A stretch of DNA of 64,000 bases, taken from assembly GCA_010909165.1 (NCBI GenBank), contig MU008168.1, positions 1,054,001 to 1,118,000 of the forward strand, given 5' to 3'. Shown here in pieces: positions 48,601 through 58,743 of this stretch; positions within the stretch are counted from its first letter, which is position 1; each line of letters begins with the position of its first letter. The notes under the pieces are model-generated. The model saw only the letters and a list, made by a program, of their open reading frames with translations. It was not told where the DNA came from and did no database searches. This DNA is from Anthoceros angustus. Lineage: Eukaryota; Plantae; Anthocerotophyta. Position numbers and translations under genes: made by a program.

Positions 48601-51600
48601 AGCAGAAGGGTATTACATTGTGAATGCAGATCAGCAATATGTTGTGCCAACTAGTGGTTCTCCTCTGCGTGGACTTATTCAGGTAAAGTCATATGGTGGG
48701 GATATCAATTGTTGTGGGGATATCAATTATTGTGGGGATCCTAAACGTGGTGAGATCATGGAAAATTGTGTTACTGAACCTGTTAGTGGTAGTCAGCATG
48801 TGAAGTTTGTACAGCTCCGTTTTCTTAAGTTGCACTTTTGAATAGCGCTCTGGTATACTTTTCAGGATCACATTGTCAGTGCAACTCTTCTTACAAAGCG
48901 CGACACATTCTTTACCAAACAAGACTACAACCAGCTGGTTTATGCAGCTTGTGTTTCATCTGCACCAGCACATCCTTTGAAACAAAGTGGTGTTGTGGGA
49001 ATAGTTGAAAGAGATCGGACAATTAGGTCACTTCCTCCAGCTGTTCTCAAACCCCAGCCCCTATGGACGGGAAAGCAGGTGGTGTCTGAGCTTTGGTGTT
49101 TGTGTCTTCTCCTGAGCTGGTGCTCAGTGCGGCATGCCTGCAGGCTTTCTGGGTGTTTGCTAACAGTATTCTTTTTGAGCAGGTAATCACAACCGTGTTG
49201 AATTATATAACAACCGGGTCTCGTCCCTTTTCCTTGAAAGCAGCAGGAAAGGTGTCAGGGGATTATTGGGGGAAGACAAGTGGTGAACTAGAAGTACTCA
49301 TTAGCAACAATGAGCTTCTGTGTGGTGTGATTGATAAAGCTCAGTTTGGCCAGTATGGGTTGGTCCATACGTTCCAAGAGTTATATGGACCTGAAGCTAC
49401 TGGATGCCTACTTTCTATGTTCAGTCGTTTGTTCACCTCCTATTTGCAGGTTTGTGGTGTTTCGTTCTTTCGCTCTGTGATCTACTGGACATTTCTGACC
49501 GAAGCTGATCCTATGATTTCATGCAGATGCATGGGTTCACATGTGGTGTGTCAGACTTGCTCTTGATGCCACATGGAGAGCAAGAACGGTCCATGAAGTT
49601 GCAGAAGGCTGATGAGCTAGGGGACGATGTCCATAGTAGATTTGTGGGCAGAGAAAGTGACAATATAGGTAAGGATCGTAGTTCGTTGTGGTTCTCTGAT
49701 TTTGCTCCTGCATCGTGCTGAACTGTTATCTGGTAGCTGCACTAGAACTTTGTGTTTCAAGGTTGTTGTTGATGTTTTGATTTTTACATGAATAGATTCG
49801 GAGACACTTAAACTGGAAGTTGAGAAGATTTTGCAGACAAAGGGAGATGCTGGGCGTGCACGGCTAGACATGTTAATGACAAGTGCCCTGAACCGCATTA
49901 CTTCTGATGTTAACAACTCTCTGTTTCCAAGACAGCTTCTGAAACCTTTCCTTTCGAATTGGCTAGCATTGATGACCGTGACAGGGGCAAAGGGTGGGTT
50001 GGTGAGTACAAAGCTGTTCAGCTATCCAATCTGTCTTCTCCTTCAAAGGTTCCTACCAGCTGGGACAACATGAATGATGTCGCAGGGTTGGTGGAGATAC
50101 TTACTTCGCTCACATCTGCAGGTGAACTTCACTCAGATTTCTTCCCTTTTGGGTCAGCAAGAACTGGAGGGGAAACGTGTACCACGTATGGCTTCTGGGA
50201 AGCCTCTGCCAACCTTTTCTCCTTGGGATACTGGAGCTCGGGCAGGTGGTTTTATCAGTGATCGTTTTTTAACTGGTTTAAGGCCTCAAGAATACTACTT
50301 CCACTGCATGGCAGGTCGCGATGGGTAAGACGAGGTTTGGTGTGCTAAGCAGACGGTTGTATGCTTTTGTATGCTTTGTGATAATTCTTATACTGCAACC
50401 TGTCTTACAGGTTGGTAGACACTGCGGTGAAGACATCAAGGAGTGGCTATCTACAAAGATGCCTTGTGAAAAATCTCGAGTCATTGAAAGTGCACTATGA
50501 TTACACTGTGCGAGACTCTGACAATTCCATCATACAGTTTCGCTATGGAGAAGATGGTGTCGACGTAACGAAATCTGGATTTGTAAAACAGTTTGAGCGA
50601 CTTGCGATCGTGAGACACTGATATTCCTTGTGCTTTCCTTTTCATGCAGTAGATGTCTGAAATGTGCAGGAACATTGTGATCTAAGTGCACTTGTTTTTT
50701 TCCTCCTGTAGAACCAAGATCTTGTGGCAACTCGCTTGGCCAGAGATGACTTGCTGCAATCCTCTTTGGAGAAGAGTAGCAAGAAGAAAAAGCGACGGTC
50801 TGGGAAGGTTGATACTCAGAACAGTGACCCCCTTGAGAGTGTGTCGGAAGCATACAAGCAGGCACTGGATGACTTCATTGCACGTGTGGACTCTTCCTCA
50901 AGACGAGAAAGGAAACATCTGCAGTTGCGACATACCTATCAGAAGGAAAACTTCAAGAAGTTGATGGAAATGAAATATGTGTCAAGTCTTGCCAACCCTG
51001 GGGAACCAGTGGGTGTGGTTGCTGCCCAGTCTGTTGGCGAGCCTTCGACGCAAATGACGTAAGTTTCTTTGTTGGAAGGCTAAACTAACCAGTCTTGTAT
51101 ACAGTATCGGACTTCAGCAGCGCCGTTGCGGGATGGGTGCATTAGACTCATTGGTGTGTGCAAACACTGATACAGGCTGAACACTTTTCACTTCGCTGGA
51201 CGTGGAGAGATGAATGTGACTCTTGGCATTCCGCGCCTTCGAGAGGTTTTAATGACTGCATCAAAGGAGATATCTACACCTATAATGACTTGCCCATTGC
51301 GAGCTGGTAGAACAAGGTGTGGACTCTGACAACCTGATCTTGTGACCTTGCATGCTGTTAGATTTAGAACAGTTGTTTTGCCCTTCTTTTCTGATTAGGC
51401 TACCCAGTTCTGTGTCCATTTGGTTACCTGTGTTCTGCTGGCACTCAGGGATGACGCAGAGAGAATAGCCATGCAGCTGAGGAAGCTCAGGCTAATAGAT
51501 CTTGTTGAGAGGGTTGAAGTCTCCGAGGTGCCTTTTTGGGTGCACAACGGTGTGGCTCACAGAGTCTACAAGGTGAAGCTGCACCTCTATCCTCCAGAAA

Positions 51601-52923
51601 GGTTCCCAGCATATCTGAACCTTGGACTGGAAGAGTGCGAGCAGGTAGTTCGGGACAAATTTTCTCCTCGGCTGTTGAAAGAGATGACTCGGGCCTTTGG
51701 AGCTTCAGGCAAAACTCGAAACGAAGCTGTGCAGATTGCAACCGTTTCTCAATCCGAGGGCAGCAAAGAGGAGCCACAAGGAGATAGTGAAGGGCCAGAT
51801 ACTGGAAAACCTGGGGCAAAGAAAAAAGGCCAGGACGATGAGGAGGGAGACGACGAGGATGAGGACGAGGATACAGATGAGGAAGGTGCTGACGCAGAGA
51901 AGAGGAGAGGTCAAGGGACTGACGAGAGAGGATATGATGATATGCAAGATGAGGAAGAGGAGGCAATTGCGAAGAAAACGTTGGAAGGGGATGAAACAGC
52001 TATCGAGGAGGGGAAGGAGGAGGAGGAGGAGGAGGAGGAGCAGGGGAAGAGGGATCGTGAGGGCAATGGAGGAACTGCTGAGTCTGATAGTGATGCTGGT
52101 GACGCTGAAGGAGAATCGAGTGGGAGAAGCACTGTACATCAAGCTTACGTGAAACTACCTTCCACTGGTGGAGTCGGGAAAGAGAAGAAGAAGAAAGAAA
52201 GTGATGTAGAGAACAGTTTCTCTGCCAAGGGGTCAATGTTTGAGATCCGACACACCGTCAACAAAAAACATCCTCCGATCATGTTGGCAGAGGTAACAGC
52301 ACTTTGGCAGAACGTGCGTGCATGACCTGCTATGGTGTTTGTACTAATGAGTGGTGTGAACGCACTCGCAGATTGTTGAGAAGGTGGCCAGGCAGGTTAC
52401 AATACGGTCTGTTTCAGGCATCGAACGGTGTGCGGTGATTGACTACAAAGGCGATCCCAACACCCCAGCCTTGCAGGCAGACGGTGTCAACTTTGAGGGA
52501 CTGTGGGCGTTTGAGGAGGAGTTAGATCTAAACAGGCTAACCACAAACAGCATCGGAGCCATGCTTCAGGTGTACGGGGTGGAAGCCGCTCGGGCGACAA
52601 TATTGTCGGAGGTGCAAGCCGTGTTTGGGCTGTACGGTATTGCTGTGGACAGCCGTCACCTGGGTCTCATTGCCGACTTCATGACCTTCGGCGGAGGCTT
52701 TCGGGGATGCAACAGAACTGGCATCCAGTCCAGCCCCTCCCCCTTTCTCAAGATGAGCTTTGAGACGGCCACGAGCTTTCTTATGGATGCCACCCTGCAG
52801 CAGGAAACCGACACGTTGGAGTCTCCCTCTGCCCGTATTGTCATGGGCCGTGTTGTACAATCCGGCACGGGCTCCTTCGATTTGCTTCAGCAGGTGGACG
52901 GCTTGATCAAGAGCTACTGCTGA
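45686..52923 (+). CDS. NRPA1: DNA-directed RNA polymerase I largest subunit, multi-exon
   Basis: [14 protein letters not shown]...[30 protein letters not shown], catalytic [27 protein letters not shown]|[28 protein letters not shown]|LNTFHFAG and SPSARIVMG. An alternative start at 45576 is possible. Confidence 0.96.
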
Positions 52924-53341
52924 CGAGCCAAGGGGGTATCCATGGCTTGACTACTGTCTTGACCACCAGCCTGCCTTGAAGTGATTTGAACATCACTTCA
53001 GGAATCGGTCCGGGTGCCAAATCATGGCAGAGTGATCTTTCCAAACTGCTTCGAAGGCGAAGAGATGAGAAACGGAGAGAAGGGAAAAGAGGACAACGAG
53101 GCAACAGAGAGGAGGTGGATTTGCCATGCAAGTAGCACGAGGAAAGGCCCGCAATTTTGCAGGAACAATTTAGAAGCGTGCGTGATGTATGTATGAGTCA
53201 CAATCCAAACTTGTCGGCCTCAACAGGTCGTTTGTTGAGGGATGCAATGTCTGTGTGTACATACGCGGAGAGCAATTCAATGAAAAACCTTGAGCAAAGT
53301 TGGACAAGCTGCTGCCGCTGCTTCTGCAGCCAGAGGAGTGG

Positions 53342-53875
53342 TCAGTTGGACACCAGAGTAGGCAGAATGTCATTGATCAAAGCCTCGAGCTTCTGCCGGG
53401 AAATGGCTCCCTCTTTCCGGCTCCCGGAGACTTCCTGGCCATCCTTGAAGATGATCAAAGCCGGCAGGCCATAAATGCCGTATCTCTCCAGCAGCGATTC
53501 GTCGCGGCCGGCTTCCACCTTCACCACCTGCAGCTGGCCGTCATACTGCTGCGCCGCCCAGTCCATGAGAGGCGCCACCAGCTTGCACGGCCCGCACCAG
53601 TCGGCCCAGAAATCCACCAGCACCGGCACCTCCGACTTGAGCACCACCGACTCGAACTCCGACACCCCGACGCTGGCCGCCTTCTTGGCCGCCGCGCACA
53701 CCTGCCATTTCCGCGGCTCTGCTCGCAGCGACACAAATCGAGGCCCTGATCCCAGGCTTGCTGGCCCTAGGCAGGAGCTGGAGCTGGAGCTGGAGCTCGG
53801 GCTGGGGCTGGCGATGGCGCGGCAGCAGGCGGACGCAGACGCGTTGGTCACGGCGGCCATGGCAGCCATGCTCAT
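53342..53875 (-). CDS. TRX-x: Chloroplast thioredoxin, x-type, intronless
   Basis: Ser/Ala-rich transit peptide, VLVDFWADWCGPCKLV, and the C-terminal YGLPALIIFKDGQEVSGSRKEGAISRQKL typical of Trx x. Confidence 0.9.
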   Translation of the reverse strand: MSMAAMAAVTNASASACCRAIASPSPSSSSSSSSCLGPASLGSGPRFVSLRAEPRKWQVCAAAKKAASVGVSEFESVVLKSEVPVLVDFWADWCGPCKLVAPLMDWAAQQYDGQLQVVKVEAGRDESLLERYGIYGLPALIIFKDGQEVSGSRKEGAISRQKLEALINDILPTLVSN

Positions 53876-55129
53876 CAAGAGCTCAGTGCACGTTTGGCTA
53901 CCGTTGGTCGCTGCTCCGACTCGGTACGAGACCCACCAGTCACCGTCTGTGAGGGTCGCTGCCGGTCACTGCGACCCTCACCACACTATTTTGTTCTTGT
54001 TTTTCTTCATTTATCTGCACTAGGTAGCTATGGGGTTTCGATCCCTGGTCCCTGCCTGTCTTGTTTGAAGGGTTTGGGCTTAAGTCGAACCCGCTAACCA
54101 AGAGGTCCCTCGTGCTTGGAGTGGGGATCGACGGACATGCATATCTGCTCTTGCGCAGACCAGCAGTCAGCTCTGGTTACATAGCCACTCTTGCGTATCT
54201 GCTCCAAAGAAATGGTCTCTCTTCCGTCTGCTCATCCTCTTTGAACACTCATGCTGATCCAGTTCTGAGTCATGACTACAGGGCCCAATGGATTGAAAAC
54301 ACACCATCACCTTGCACGAAATGTTCTCAAGACATGACTTGCGTCTTTCTCTACGAAACAAAAGGAATGAGCTGTGTAAATCCTTATCGAGTACACAGGT
54401 CAGATACCTTCCTTCCAGCTGGGCATTTCCTTGGACCCTCTATCACCGCCCCAAGTTTGCCCCCAAACCAAAGACAACGCACAACCCTCACTTGTGCATG
54501 TTGGAGTGACAAGTCTCATTGCATTTCACACACAACCGGGTTTACGAACGAATTCAGCAGATGTGATGACACACAACACGTCCCCTGCCTGCCTCATGGT
54601 GCACCTGACAGGACCGTAATCAGCAAGTGCCGCCAACGCTATCAGCTGGCTGGCCTTCTGCTGCCCGGGTTTGCCATTGGAGATCTGCTGCTTTGCCGCA
54701 TCCGCCTCAGGCAGCCTCAAACCCGAATCCCTCTCTAAGGACAAGAAACCTCTCAGCAGGCTTCCGTGCCTTGGCCAGACTCCGCAGCGAAGGTGTAGGG
54801 TGAACGGGTGAACATGCCCATTAGGGCAAAAATATCATACCATACACAAGAGCAGACACGAGTGATGCAATGCTTCCGCGAGCCATTCAAATCAATACAG
54901 ACTACGAGAATTCCTCACTCGCGCTAGAGGCAGCCTTCTTGCTTTGCGTATCACTCTCCCCAACAACAAACAGGTTAGTAACGCCTACTCCAACGTAGCT
55001 TCTTGACACACAACAACTCTTCAAGTTCAAAGCTACTGACCGTCCTGGCTACTCAAACTCATTTGAGCTTGGCGTTTGCTTCTTCCAAATTTTTTGCAGG
55101 CTTCTTTACAAGAACTTCAAAAAGGCAGA

Positions 55130-58100
55130 ATGCCTCGTGAAATTATTACCATCCAGTGCGGTCAATGCGGCAATCAGGTACTACTTCTGGCCCACATTCC
55201 ATCGAATGCAACTTCTCCCTGGACCAATATGTTGCCAGATTTACGTTCTTCGCCTCTTGTTTTTTTCTCTCCTGCAAGATTGGATGCCGATTTTGGGAGC
55301 TTGCTCTCAGGGAGCATGCCACCTGCAATACCAAAGCAACTTACGATCATGCTTTGAGCAGGAAAGCAAGCTTCTCATTATGTTGAAATGGCAAAACATT
55401 TACGATTTCAGTACACGCCTTGATTTAACAAGTTCAACCATTTTATTTCATGACTACAGCTTCTTCAGGCATGTTGATAGCCGACACGACCCTCCACTCG
55501 AGCTACCTGTTGGAGCAGGCGATACTCCTATTCATTCTTTGAAGGTTAAATCATTATGGTTTGAAGGATGAAGTTTTCCTTGTGGAGATTTTGTTAGAAA
55601 TATAGTAGTCTTGCTCAATGTAAAGTGAGAAGCAGTGAACCTTTAATTTCTTATGTATATATAATGTCTTACAGGCTAGAACAATTTTGATCGATATGGA
55701 AGAAAATGTTATTAATAATATTTTAAAAGTAAGTTGTTGATCTTTAATATAATATAACTTTAATATTCATATCAATCAGATAAAATCTAATCTAATTTTT
55801 CTGGTCTAATCTAGGAAAATATTGCGGATCTCTTTGACTCAAAACAACTTCTAACTGGAACATCAGGTTCTGGGAACAATTGGTGAGTACAATCTTTTTT
55901 TGTTCATGTTCATATTTTTTTTTAATTTTATTTCATCTTATATCGTTTTCTTTAATCCAGGGCTCATGGATATGGACTATATGGACCTCAATATATCGAT
56001 AGGATTCTTGAAAAACTAAGGATGGAGGTAAAAGATATATACATATGATATAGTATTTATTTATCCCTTCCCTATTGTAGACTGTAACATCTTGGGAGTG
56101 GCATGTAGTTTGAGGATAGACAATGGGGGGCCTAGAGGGAGTGGATGCCCTTGTTGCTAGTAGCTTAGGCACACCATGGTACAAGTTGTCAAGTACCAAG
56201 TCTCATGATGGGAAAAATTTCATTCAAGTGGGCTACAATAGACCTAGTTTTCTTCTTCTTCCCCCCTTCGCCTAGGGCCTCTAGAAGCTTGTTCCCCATC
56301 GCCCTAGTGTAGATGAGACTTCTCATCTTTGCATATTTTTAAAGTCTCCATGTTCTCCTTTGTATTTATAGATATTATATCAAAATAAAAAACGTGTTTC
56401 TCATTTTGTAGGTGGAACGTTGTGAGTCCCCCCAAAGTTTTTTCTTGCTCCATTCATTAGGTGGAGGTACTGGGTCGGGTCTTGGAAGCTATATAATGGA
56501 GACTTTACATGTACGTCATGTTTTTTTTGTGTTCTGTATATGTACTTGTCAAATAAGCTTTCAACTAAGTTTGTACTTTGTCAGGATATTTATCCCAAAC
56601 TATATAGATTGACAACATCAATCTATCCATCAGTGGATGACGACGTGGTGACATCTCCTTATAATAGGTGGTGCTATAGTCTTATTTATTAATATAAATA
56701 ATATCTATAGGGTTCAATGTGCAGGGTTAATTCAATTCTCATATATTTAATCTATCAATTAGTTTTTTATTATTCTGGTGGTTTTTTTAATTAGTATTCT
56801 CTCTACTACGGCTTTAGCTGAACATGTGGATTGTGTTCTTCCTATCGAGAATCAAGCATTACTTGATATTGTCAGGTATGCATTGCTTTCCATCACAAAT
56901 AACATTTTGTTATGTATTTCTCTCTAAATTGTTCATTCTTACATGGACAAAAAAATTCTCACTAGAAAAAATGAAGCTTCAGCTGCAAAGAAGAATTTTT
57001 CTACATCAAAAGCCAAATCGAAGGTCAAATTGCAAGCATTTGATTCCATGAATGAAATAGCAGCTAACCTCTTGCTGAATTTGACAAGTTCCATCCGTTT
57101 TGAAGGGCCATTAAATGGTAGGTCCGCATTATCTCATGGGAGTCTAGTAAACTACTTGATTTTGTTTATAAATGTGCTAGCTTATAATAATATCACCTCA
57201 TTATCTCATGAGAGTGTGGTAGACTAAGTGATTTCGTTTATGAATGTGCTAGCTTATAATATTATCACCTTACCATGTTTACTTGTATCGTTTTGTGTAT
57301 TCAATTTCCAAGTGGACTTGAATGAGATAACAGCGAATCTTGTTCCATTCCCCAAGCTACATTTTCTCCTTTCTAGTATGGCACCATTGAGCATGGAACC
57401 AACATGTGGTAAGGTGTAAGAGATTATGAAGATATTGATAAGATTTATGAAGTTTTAATCAATATTTTTAATGAAGCTAGCATATTTTCTTGGATATTAA
57501 TGAATAAATGGGGTGCCCCTTCTTGACTTGACTAGACAAAATAACATCTCAATCGCAAAGAGTAGATCAGGTGAGTCTTTATTGGAAAAAGCACCTTAAT
57601 TAGATATCTATGGAGGATCAATATTTTCTATTTGCATCCCAAGTGCAAACTATCTCATACAAAAGTGAAAATTGTGTGCACAGATCTTCAACGAAGTCTT
57701 TGGGAAGGAAAACCAACTTTTAAAAGTTAATCCTTCTTCTTCTATGTACTTGGGATGCGGTCTTCTTTTACGCGGAGGTGTGTGCAATATTTCTGATTTG
57801 AGCCACAATCTACTACGTATGAAGCACCGATTTAAAATGGTAATGGTATTGGATGATATGGAGCCTAAATTGTGTTTCAGGGAAAAAAAAACTTTGAGTT
57901 CTTCCATTAACTATGTGGAAGTAGATCTTCTTAAAGCTACGGACTAATAAAACTCTTGCTGCAGGTGCATTGGAACCAAGAAAGCTTCAAAATTGGCATT
58001 TGTCACCAACCACCAACAAACACTAATTTATCACTTCTTTGCCTTGCAAATAACACAGCTTTCAGGTATGTCATAATATTGTATTGGATTTTGATGGTGT

Positions 58101-58519
58101 CGGTTTATTCTCTTATATTATACTAATATTTATTTTTATATCTGTGGTGTAAAATCTAAACAGCAAGAAGCTCATAACCATGAGAGAGACCTTTAACAAG
58201 CTATACAAGAAACGTGTTTTTATTCATCATTACAGCCAATTTATGGATATAAGTTACTTTGAGAATTGCTCTGGTACTGCATGTCTTAAAATCTGAGATT
58301 CATTAATTATTTTTAATATGGATTATAATAAATAAGACCTACAAACAAAATACATAACCACATTACCTTTTAACGCTTGCTTTATCCATGTTGTATGACA
58401 AGAAGTACTGATATTTCGCAGATCAAGTGGATGATTTGATAGCTCAATACTCTGAAATCGAATCAATGACGTCACCTCAGCAAGTCATGAGATTGAAACC
58501 CATCATCTTGTCATGCTAA
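55130..58519 (+). CDS. TUBE1: Epsilon-tubulin, multi-exon
   Basis: MPREIITIQCGQCGNQ|IGCRFWELALREHA, ARTILIDMEENVIN, SGSGNNW|AHGYGLYGPQY, HSLGGGTGSGLGS, DDDVVTSPYN, FEGPLN|VDLNEITANLVPFP, WNQESFKIGIC and LYKKRVFIHHYSQFM. These are epsilon-type rather than alpha/beta/gamma signatures. Confidence 0.92.
56120..56200. repeat. Third copy fragment of the 4.8/15.1-kb repeat family, inside a TUBE1 intron
   Basis: GGATGCCCTT...AGTAGCTTAGGCACACCATGGTACAAGTTGTCAAGTAC matches the reverse complement of 15061-15180. Confidence 0.75.
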
Positions 58520-58743
58520 AATATAACAAATTAATCAAAAACATATCAGATTTCATTTCTGCGTTTTTATGAAGTATGATACAATCGATTCTGATTTTCT
58601 GTGTTATGATGAGAATTCAAGTAGTGTTAGCCATCCATCTCGGTTTCTACAGGGATGGAGTTCAGCAACAACATTCACCCCCAAGAAAACAAGCAATGTT
58701 CTCTGGCGCAGACACTTGATCGCTGGCTATTTCTTCATTTTTC

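Noticed and set aside
53300-54023. + strand ORFs over thioredoxin x
   Set aside because: Antisense shadows of a GC-rich CDS.
54061-55000. Possible small spliced gene between TRX-x and TUBE1 (ORFs 54061-54738 +, 54526-54744 -)
   Set aside because: No recognisable domain, and no consistent start or exon chain could be built. It cannot be excluded without RNA-seq.
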